A stretch of 30,817 nucleotides of DNA from Ginkgo biloba (taxonomy: Eukaryota > Plantae > Ginkgophyta). A program made the position numbers and the translations under genes. Every line of letters starts with the position of its first letter. Within the stretch, counting starts at the first letter, position 1. This document shows, in pieces, positions 13,040-22,699 of the stretch. The stretch covers positions 132,324,786 to 132,355,602 of the forward strand of contig JANKJI020000004.1 of assembly GCA_024626585.2 (NCBI GenBank). Reading direction: 5' to 3'. The notes beneath the pieces were generated by a model. That model was not told the DNA's origin. It searched no databases and saw nothing but the letters and a program-made list of their open reading frames with translations.

Positions 13040-13600
13040 ACAAAAATTGTGATTTATGGTTTATGCACGCATAATTCATGGTTATAAACCCTAGCTTTGG
13101 AGATTTACTTTTTTTCGAGTAGCGCATCCCTAGTCATTGGGTCTATTCAGTACATTTAAGGTTGTAAATGGTTCCTTTATGGATGGTTAGGTGTAATTAA
13201 TTCAGTGTGCAATTATGTTCTTGAATTTCTAAATCCAACCCTACTTGTATTGCAAAAGACCCTAGTGACTTTGTGTAGGGAGTATTGGAAACCTTGATCA
13301 GGGGCACCTCTGTATGTAGCTATATTTCTTCCCTTGAATGTGTATTTTTGGGTTACTAATAGAAGGGTTTTTGGACACCCTAAGAGGGTTAGGTTCCTAC
13401 TCATTCTAAGCCTCTTACTATTATTTTTTGTGGTCTATAGTTGTAGGGTCTACAATCTATTATTATACATTTAGGGGAATAGTCTATTATTCTATCCATG
13501 GTACGATGGTCTATTGTTGCAACCCTAGGGGCTTTGTACTGATAGGATTTTTGGTCTAGGGTCTATTGTCATAGCACTGGGGATTTATTGTAATAGCCAT
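13040..13600 (+). repeat. Diverged family B copy
   Basis: Colinear motif blocks shared with 11640-12200. Confidence 0.55.
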
Positions 13601-14054
13601 GTCTTTCCTCCAAAGCTAACCAGGTTAGTTTATCCATCTCAAGATATAAAAGAAATAAAATATATGCTACCATCAGAGTGCATGGTAATAAATATTTCAC
13701 TCATCTATTATTCAAATATAATCATGAGTATTAGAACATCATTCATATTGAATCGGCATAGACAACAGGAATCAAAACTGGATTGCTAGGATCAGGAGAT
13801 AAGCTATTGAGTCCTATGCACGTTACCATTGTTGTCCATGAGGACCCCTAGAGGACTTAACTGCAACTACCAACATAAACCTCTGATGCCATAAAGGCTC
13901 ATCGTCAGCTCNNNNNNNNNNNNNNNNNNNNNNNNNNNNNNNNNNNNNNNNNNCAGTAGGCTCTAGACTCCATTTATGCACTAGGGTCATCCCTCTTAAT
14001 CATGAGACACCCCTCCTCAAAACAACTTGTGCATCCCACTCCTCATAGTGCCGA

Positions 14055-14366
14055 TTGGTTGAGACTTACGGTACCCACAGTGGCATGATAGCACACCTCC
14101 ACGGCTTTCGCACTTGCCTTAGGAATCCACTGGGTTGCTAGCCCCCTCCTTTTTGTTAGGCCTTAGGACTCTTGGTCCACTATATGTTCATACATAAGGC
14201 ATACCGACCACAAAAATGTTGGTTTGGTTGAGCCTCACGATACCTATTGCGAGGTGCTAGCACACCTTCACGACTTTCATGCTTGCCTCAAGAGTCCAAT
14301 GGGTGCTAGCCCCTCCTCCAAGCCTTAGGATTCAAGACCCCTATCATGCTCATACAAAAGGCCATG
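14055..14366. repeat. Two diverged ~170-bp tandem units, probably LTR sub-repeats
   Basis: The pattern TTGGTTGAG.CT.ACG.TACC...AGCACACCT.CACG.CTTTC...CTTGCCT.A...TCCA.TGGG.TGCTAGCCCC...CCTTAGGA.TC...CATACA.AAGGC occurs at ~14055-14203 and ~14224-14366. Confidence 0.8.
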
Positions 14367-14829
14367 CTAGTAAAATCCCTAGTTTGATATCAAAGATTGC
14401 CCTCACAATGATACACCATGCATGCATATGCCATGATAACTGGGTTCAAAGACTCAAGCCAACAGTCACATATGTAGTCTAATGACCCATATTTCACACA
14501 CTATTCAATAGACTCAACCCATCTACTCTAGGTTTGCCTCATATCATAGATCCAAATCTAGCATTCTAGGGTTTTCCACACCCATGCATATCAACTAATC
14601 GCAGATTTAGATCACTGAAAGCACAACAAATAACATAAACAAGACAAGGCAATCAATACATACCTTTCTAGGGAAAAAACCCTAGTATTCTAGCTTATTT
14701 CAGAAGTCATACAAGCTTACCNNNNNNNNNNNNNNNNNNNNNNNNNNNNNNNNNNNNNNNNNNNNNNNNNNNNNNNNNNNNNNNNNNNNNNNNNNNNNNN
14801 NNNNNNNNNNNNNNNNNNNNNTATCTATC

Positions 14830-14853
14830 TATATATATATATATATATATATA
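14830..14853. repeat. (TA)n microsatellite at a contig edge
   Basis: Read directly from the sequence. Confidence 0.95.
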
Positions 14854-16249
14854 TTATACAGGCATACATACATACATAGATCTGTTCCACAAGAGAAATA
14901 TCCATCTAATTGTGCAAGGGTGGGCTATAACAGACATCTCTAAAACCAATGATTTTATTGAGTACAAATAATGAAGCGATTACATGCACGTATCTTGTGG
15001 AACAATGTTCATATTAATCTGGAGGGAACTATTTGATGTTTCCATGTGGATGGAACATTTCCAACACTAACCAAAGGAGTCATACATTGAGGGCAATGAA
15101 TCCTTTAGTGAAGAAATATTACAAGCATCAATTGACATCCTTTCTAGTAATAAGCTTATGGGTTTTCATGAATGTATGCTACCAACACAAGACCACTATT
15201 AAGGACTTGGAAAAGTTGGTTGAGGAGTAGCATTGTGAATTGAAGGTGAAGTTCATTGAATGTTGAAAGGTTAATATAAGGAGAAAATTCATCAAAAGTT
15301 GAAAGGTCACAAAATCTTGAAGCATCGCTGGAAGGTGAGGGTCATTGGAAGATAAAATTTGAAGGGCCATTGGAAGTTGAAGAGTCACAAAAGTATAAAG
15401 GCCATAGGAGGGGAAAATCAAAGGTCAAGGAGATCATACGTTGCCTCTCTCTCCTATTTAAGCAATGTTAAGGTTGATGAAGAGGAGAGGAATGGTGAAG
15501 ACTTCGTATGAAATTCCATTATTGTACTCTAGGGTTAGTTTGAGTCCTAGTCGAGTCAATTGGGCNNNNNNNNNNNNNNNNNNNNNNNNNNNNNNNNNNN
15601 NNNNNNNNNNNNNNNNNNATTTGTAAATGATCATTGCATAGTGACATACATCATATTTCATAATTTGAATGATTCTAGTTATCTTTCTCTATCTGTTGCA
15701 CTTGCAAATTATTGTATACAAGTTTGTTTAAGTGCAAAAATTCTCATAAAACTTGTAGTCATGCTACCACCATCTACTAAAGCTTGAACACAATGACACT
15801 TAACTCCTTAGTCACCTTAACCGTATCTAACCCATGCCATACTATNNNNNNNNNNNNNNNNNNNNNNNNNNNNNNNNNNNNNNNNNNNNNNNNNNNNNNN
15901 NNNNNNNNNNNNNNNNNNNNNNNNNNNNNNNNNNNNNNNNNNNNNNNNNNNNNNNNNNNNNNNNNNNNNNNNNGATCGTTCCTATAGGCATGGAGGATTA
16001 ATCAGGTTAAATGGCTTGCAATTTGTGTTTGTCTATCACGAAGACTTTTCAAATATCTAATAGATGAAACGATTATGCAAATCACTTATCAGGACAGGAA
16101 TTTTAGTATTTTTAATAACAAGAGTTTAGAGAAAATGAAAGAAAACAAGACCAAATTATAACATTTACCAAAGACCATATTGTAGCTTATGGGATCAAAA
16201 TAAAATTCATGAAAAAGGGCAATGCAACAAAGAGAACAAGAAAGATTAC

Positions 16250-16364
16250 CAAGTCACTAGATAAAAGAGATGCAATTCTCTCAACATCCTTAAGCATCTG
16301 ATAGTCAGGAGAAATCATAACAATGATTTCATCCTCATCTTCCACTGGTTTTCGGTCACTCAAG
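16250..16364 (-). CDS. Next exon of the same DUF1995-family gene
   Basis: Minus strand reads ttgtttctatAG|C TTG AGT GAC CGA...AGT GAC TTG|GTaatc = (S)LSDRKPVEDEDEIIVMISPDYQMLKDVERIASLLSSDL, 115 nt. The split codon AG+C joins the 28917-28999 exon in frame to give FASLSDRKPV, as in plant homologues. Confidence 0.9.
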
Positions 16365-18129
16365 CTATAGAAACAAGAAAACAAAGTTAGTTTCTCTCTA
16401 ACAAATGGCTGTGTATTTTAAAATTAAAACAATTATTCAACTATGTTATATTGGACTTTGATTTGGCCTAGATAGTACGAGTCTTAGTAAGTTGAATGGT
16501 TGTACTAGTCTAAGTAGGGAAACTTTGAAATGCATGGATAATATCTATTTTTCTCCTTTAATCATGTGCTCAACTTCAAAAATAAAACTACCAACAATTA
16601 TGAATGGATAGCAGATGTCGAAGAAAGAAGATAAGAACTAATGCAAAGGATTGAAATCACANNNNNNNNNNNNNNNNNNNNNNNNNNNNNNNNNNNNNNN
16701 NNNNNNNNNNNNNNNNNNNNNNNNNNNNNNNNNNNNNNNNNNNNNNNNNNNNNNNNNNNNNNNNNNNNNNNNNNNNNNNNNNNNNNNNNNNNNNNNNNNN
16801 NNNNNNNNNNNNNNNNNNNNNNNNNNNNNNNNNNNNNNNNNNNNNNNNNNNNNNNNNNNNNNNNNNNNNNNNNNNNNNNNNNNNNNNNNNNNNNNNNNNN
16901 NNNNNNNNNNNNNNNNNNNNNNNNNNNNNNNNNNNNNNNNNNNNNNNNNNNNNNNNNNNNNNNNNNNNNNNNNNNNNNNNNNNNNNNNNNNNNNNNNNNN
17001 NNNNNNNNNNNNNNNNNNNNNNNNNNNNNNNNNNNNNNNNNNNNNNNNNNNNNNNNNNNNNNNNNNNNNNNNNNNNNNNNNNNNNNNNNNNNNNNNNNNN
17101 NNNNNNNNNNNNNNNNNNNNNNNNNNNNNNATCAACTAGGTAAGAAAAATATCCTAACTACTAGTTGAACGATTATTGGGCAGTTTCGAGAATCCAATCG
17201 ATGCCCGAGCGCCATTCGATAGTAGCCTGTCAGCATCCAACTACTCCCACTAATGTCTAATGGTGGCTAAGGATGATCATGACTTATACAAAATGTTGGG
17301 GCCAACCACACAAAATAGCAGCTAAAATCTACCCCCTTCCCTTAACTTGCGCTTCTTGTTGAAGTGAAAAATAAGATTGAACAAGGGAGAAAGGTGATGG
17401 TGTTGTCGAAGATATTGTTGCTGCTAGAACCATTGCCACAAGCATTATGGAAATGGAAACTAGAACCACAAGACTAGAAAAAGGAACAATATTGGTTGAT
17501 ATACATGTGAGAATCATAGTGATTGGAACCAAAGTAACTCAAGGCCGAGCACCCAAAACTGTCACTATCAAGGTTATGTGTCGATATGAAGGCTTTTCCA
17601 CTGATGGAGTTAGTATTCTTACCCAACTCAAAGGCTTGTCAACCCTTTCTCTACTCGAGATGTCTTCTTAGCCATAATATTGATTGCCCAAGCAACCTTT
17701 ACTTGCTCTTGACACTCAACCAATTTTTGTTCCCATCCTATAATCTATTAATGGTCTCTCAAAACCTATTGCTTCTATACTTCTAGTTCTACATGCAAAT
17801 CAACCAACTACTCCAATGTTGCTTGGTGTTTTCCCAAAGTCTTTGTCTCTAGTCTAACTTTTTGCTCCTCCCAAAGAGTAGCCAACTCTGCCTGCATCTG
17901 CCAATCCTATCCCTACGCTATTGGAGCTCAACTGTATTCTATTGATCTAATTGAATCACACCTAGAAACTCCTATTAAGCCTCATCCAACTCCTACTCCA
18001 TCTCCTAAAATTGATGTAAATAACTAGTATGATTTACAAACCAAATCTTACCATCAGAAGACACCCATCACAATTTGTAGATGAGTGGTCTAGTGAATAG
18101 GTTCGCCTCCTCTTTTCGATAGAGTTCTT

Positions 18130-18925
18130 CCACACACTGGACAAAAAGTTGAATTTCTGTAGTGACGATCACCCTCAAACGAATCAACAAACTGGGACAG
18201 TAAATCAAACAATGGAAGACATGTTGAAGTCATATGTAACAACTAAGCAAACCGATTGGGAGGAGAAGCTTCCATTTGTGGATTTCACATACAATAATGA
18301 GACAATAATAGTAAACATCCTGCCACTGGTATGGCGCCTTTGAAGGTGGCTAAGAGTTGTTGATTGCCTAAGAGAGAGACCAAAACAATTTCAAGGGGAA
18401 GACTTGAGTATCTTTGAAAATGCTTGAGAGCACATTCAAGAAGCAATAAGTGATTGTTGAAAGAATACAGAGAGGGCATGAGCATGAGCCAAAATTGTAT
18501 GTGTACTAAGCATATATTGCCAAGATCTTTTGAGCTCGGAGATATGGTTTATCTAAGGGCTAATCCTAACGATTGCTGGTCTTCAAGAAGATAATCTAAG
18601 CCCCCACCTTAGTACGCTGGGCCATTCTAGATTTTTTATAAGATCAATGAAACAACCTATAAACTACAATTCCTAGCTCATGTGAAGATGCACTCTACGT
18701 TTCATGTCAGATTGTTTAAGAAAGATCTATCTAGATTTGATAATGCAATGCCTACCTTCATAGATGTATAGGAGGTTCAATAAGAGGTGCATGAACTAAT
18801 TAGTATATTGGATGCAAGGAGCATAAGGCTACAAAAAAAGAGAAAATAAGGAATACTTTGTGGAATGATTAATTAAACCCATTGAAGAAGCCACATGGAG
18901 TTAGTAACATTTGTGAGAAAATCCA
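18130..18925 (+). mobile_element. Chromovirus (Ty3/Gypsy) integrase C-terminal half with GPF motif and chromodomain, pseudogenised
   Basis: Reads LNFCSDDHPQTNQQTGTVNQTMEDMLKSYV...DWEEKLPFVDFTYNN (decayed HPQTDGQTE), then GDMVYL, YAGPF, NETTYKLQ and MHSTFHV. ILD...EYFVE*...EEATW at ~18800-18900 is chromodomain-like. Confidence 0.88.
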
Positions 18926-18930
18926 ACCTT

Positions 18931-19533
18931 TGTTATAGCCCAAAAAGGCCTTGTTACTTGTGTCTCAGGAAATGTGCCTAACCCTAAGTAGCATTTGTAG
19001 GCTAGTTGATGCATTTTATAGTTGATGATGAGTGCTCCACATGAGGTTATAATGAGAGTGAAGCATAGGAGAAATCTACCTTAGGGGATGTGCCAATTAT
19101 GAGCGCCTTCCCTCCTTGAGTAAAAGTAGCCAATGAGAAGCCACAGAGGGTTCCTTGAGGTACTAAGGTAGCTTCAAAGAGAAGCCAAGTCTTTATGTGG
19201 TGTTTTGTGCTTTCTTTATGTTATATAAGGGGTCTTTTTGGCTTAGATGCCCCTTAAAACTTTCATGCTTTTTTGGTAGCTGCAAGACATCCCTTTTTAC
19301 TAATAGTCCCTTATCCCACTAGCTTGAAATTGAAGCACTAACAGTTACTATAAATAAATATCCATCTTCTATTTTTGTACTGTTGCTGCATATATATTTA
19401 GTGTGCATTAAAATTTGGTTGTTTTTCTTTATAATGACTTGACTAAAGTCTCCTCACTTTATGTTGTATTTATCACTATTAATGGAGGTTTATTGAGGTT
19501 GTTTTTGCAGAAGTAGGAAAGCAAGATGTTATG
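18931..19533 (+). mobile_element. 5' LTR (~600 bp) of a second Ty3/Gypsy element
   Basis: Starts TGTTATAGC; CCAAT at ~19130; TATATAA at 19222. Ends ...TAGGAAAGCAAGATGTTA(TG), which aligns with the TAGGGAAG.G.G.TGTTACA ends of related copies at 5824 and 21286 on the minus strand. Followed directly by gag. Confidence 0.65.
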
Positions 19534-19567
19534 GTGAAAGACCCAAGGGGAGTAGTTTGATTCCAAT

Positions 19568-20620
19568 ATGGAATTGACAATTCTTAAGGAATTGTAGGCC
19601 GAAGTTCAAGCTGCAAGGGTTGAACTAAAAGAGTTGAAGGATGGTAAGGAAGAATTGTTGAAGGTGTACTTCTGTAGGAGAAAATAGGAGGAGGTGAAGG
19701 CTGCCAAAGAAGAACCCCTAGAATCTAAACAGGAAGAAGAAGCTTTTTTGTGGGATCAACAAGAAAAGAAGTTGCAAGAACAAGGGGAGGATTCTGATAG
19801 CAAGCATGATCCAAAGCATAAGAGGAGTCAGTAGGTAGGGAAACTTCTTTAGTCCATGAAGCGAATGAACAATGTGCAAATTCCTTAGTATGATGGTAGG
19901 AATGTAGGAACTTCTTTTTGAGATTGGGTGAGATTTGTGGACACTTATTTTGAATCCTTCGAGATAATGGAGGAGATTAAGGTTTCTATGGTGATTTTTG
20001 CATTTAAAGGACCTTCCAAAGAGCGGTGAATGGTGTTCTAACTGAAACGAATGCAGGAATGAGGCTGGAGATTTCCTCTTGGGAGAAAATGAAGTAGCTC
20101 ATGCTAATGAAGTATGCACCCCAGAATGACTTACAGGAGGCTTATAATCAATTAATGACTATCAAGCAAACAGGTACAATTCAAAAGTATAGCAATAAAT
20201 TTGATTTATTGATTGCTAGACTAACTCTCTTGGCTATGCCTTTCTGAGCATATCACTTTATGCGTGATCTCAAGCCTCATATCAATAGAGTATTTTGGTG
20301 ACTAAGCCTCAAATCATGGAGGAAGCATCCAATACTTCTTTATAGGTGGAATTTGCTCAAAACAATCTGATAGACCCATCTAAGAATCTATTCCTAGATA
20401 AGGAGGATTTCTTGTATTCTAAGAAGCCTTTATTCAAGAAAGGAGGCAAGTTCTTCGATAACAAGTAACATACTTTCCTAAGTCAACCAATAGCACAAGA
20501 TAAGAGAAAGGGAAAAGTTGGGGAAAAACCTGAAGGTCAACACAATCCCTAGGTTAATTGTTTTGAATGCGGAGGGAACCCATTTTAAGAGAAATTATCC
20601 TCACCTCAAAAAGGGAGGGA
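19568..20620 (+). mobile_element. Degenerate Ty3/Gypsy gag (capsid plus zinc knuckle)
   Basis: Reads IP*YDG...DWVRFVDTYF...SWEKMK*LMLMKY...AYNQLMTIKQTGTIQKYSNKF, which is Retrotrans_gag-like. A decayed zinc knuckle CFECGG.HFKRNYP lies at ~20559-20601. Multiple stop codons. Confidence 0.82.
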
Positions 20621-20979
20621 ACACTCCACAAGGCCAAAAGGAAGTTGCAATAGTTTGTAAGGAGAAGCGATCCCCAANNNNNNNNNNNNNNNNNNNNNNN
20701 NNNNNNNNNNNNNNNNNNNNNNNNNNNNNNNNNNNNNNNNNNNNNNNNNNNNNNNNNNNNNNNNNNNNNNNNNNNNNGAAAAGCTATCCACGATGTCAAA
20801 GAGTCCAACTTGGCCTGCGCTTAGCATCCTTGACAGAGGAGGGTTGAGGAGTCGACTCCATCGGATCTGTAATAGTTGTTGGGGGCTGATGATTTCATTT
20901 ATTCATCGATGGTTTGGTTACCTGCTTTGTTCAAGCCCCATAAGCAGTCCCCATGGCCAATAGAGGGTGCTTAGTACAC

Positions 20980-21203
20980 TAGCTACAAAAATGTCCCTTT
21001 TGTCCTACTAAGCAGATTGATGCACTAACTAATATAAATAAATAAATCGACTGTTAATTATGTGTTGCTACTGCGTGCAAAGTTAATGCACATTAAGTAT
21101 GGTAGTTTTTCTTTTTGATTGTTTAACTAAAGTTGCATTTTTATCCACTAATGCATGTCTCTTTAAGGTTGTTCTTACAAGAGTAGGAGAATGGGTTGTT
21201 ATA
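20980..21203 (+). repeat. Diverged LTR R/U5 segment related to 19278-19533
   Basis: Colinear shared blocks (AGCT.CAA.A..TCCCTTTT, TTGA.GCACTAAC, TAAATAAATA, CATTAA...TGGT.GTTTTTCTTT, ACTAAAGT) ending GTAGGAGAATGGGTTGTTATA. Confidence 0.55.
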
Positions 21204-21285
21204 GCCTCAATGAGGACAATGGTCTCCATGCAGTCGAGAGAGATATTACAGGCCAACCAATCCAGGCAAATTTCACCTTGAGAAA

Positions 21286-21440
21286 TGTAACAGCTCGCTT
21301 CCCTAGAAACAACAATAAATAAAGTACATAAGTAAAGAGCGAAAACATCCACCACATCAACTAATAAACAAATATTTATTTATATTAACGTTAGTATGTC
21401 AGTGCCCAGTATGTTAGTCATTAGTAGGGAAGGTCTTGCA
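21286..21440 (-). repeat. LTR 3' end (family A), copy 2
   Basis: Same alignment as 5824-5975. The minus-strand motif TGCAAGACCTTCCCTACTAAT also resembles TGCAAGACATCCCTTTTTACTAAT at 19281. Confidence 0.7.
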
Positions 21441-21710
21441 ATATGTGCTCTAGCACTATCGGTTCGCCATGGGCAACGCCTATGGAGTTGTCCTATTTGG
21501 GCAGCCAATCCTTCAACGCATAAATGCCACCGTCAACCCCTAGTGTCTATTTCCGATCCGCTAGAGTCCACCCCTCAATACCCATGCTAAGAGAGGATGC
21601 CTAGCCTTCAACATCATGGATTCTATTTCGCCATTTGGGAAAACCATCCATTCTCCTTCTTGATAGTATGGGTTCGATTCAATCCTTAGGGTTAAGTCCA
21701 TAACCATAAA

Positions 21711-21890
21711 CCCTAAGACTACACCAATAGCCCTAGGTCCTAAGACTACACCAATAGCCTTGGACCAAAACCCCTACCAATTTCATGGTTGCACCTATAG
21801 TCCATGAATATATGGTTACACCAACAGGCCATACCCTAGTGGTTGTGCTAGGAACCACTACCCTATAGCTACACCAATAGCTATAGTCGG
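21711..21890 (+). repeat. Degenerate minisatellite with core CTACACCAATAGC
   Basis: CCTAAGACTACACCAATAGCC occurs twice at a 27-bp period, with further degenerate cores to ~21885. Confidence 0.7.
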
Positions 21891-22699
21891 TTGAATGAAC
21901 TAGGCTTGCACCCAACCCATGGCCTCATGGCCATTATCAGAAAAAATCCTAAACACTTCNNNNNNNNNNNNNNNNNNNNNNNNNNNNNNNNNNNNNNNNN
22001 NNNNNNNNNNNNNNNNNNNNNNNNNNNNNNNNNNNNNNNNNNNNNNNNNNNNNNNNNNNTAGAAATTTACAATAGAATCCAACACATGTAACACTCTATT
22101 AAGGTTTGGATGGATAATCATTTATGGGAGCATAGAACTTGGATATCTATTCTACCATTAACATTAGACGTTAAGCCTTCAAGTGGTATGTAACCCACAT
22201 AAATGAAATTATAGATTAGCCAAACTTAAAATATTGCTTTAAAATTCATTTCATAGGTGCTCTCATGCCAAATTTGCCATTTTATAATAACTCAATCACT
22301 GCAAATCATCATATTAAGCAATGTAAGCAAACTTGAAAGAAGCATAGTATTCCTTAACAGTTATGGATGTTACCATTAGATGCATTGTTTTCCTTCTAAC
22401 AGATGCTAATGGGCAGAAGAGCAAGAGAATCTACAAACACCAATGTGGTCCACACTAAAAAGAATTTTTCTAACAACTTTTACCCTGTTATACTAAAGGA
22501 AGGTATATACTATAATTGATGAATTAAAACCTTTAAATTGTTACAACATATCTGCTAGTGACAATTTGAAGATGGCAAGAGACTAGAACCTAAAGCAATT
22601 CTCAACGAAGAAGTGCAAGCACAATACTCTAATGCCCAATATTGTGTCGGCTTTAGTGATCTGAAATATGGGGACAAGAATATTGACGAAATACTAGGT

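Noticed and set aside
13881-13891. Minus-strand TGGCATCAGAG resembling a tRNA-Met primer-binding site
   Set aside because: It has one mismatch, is not preceded by an LTR CA end, and no gag follows.
14890-15230. Coding-like stretch, possibly a DNA transposon remnant
   Set aside because: Multiple stops and no motif I can identify with confidence.
17169-18010. Minus-strand coiled-coil-like broken frames
   Set aside because: Probably retroelement-derived, but there is no diagnostic motif to support a call.
21711-21890. Repeats with variable spacers resembling a CRISPR array
   Set aside because: The units are short, degenerate and irregularly spaced; there are no cas genes and the context is eukaryotic transposon DNA.
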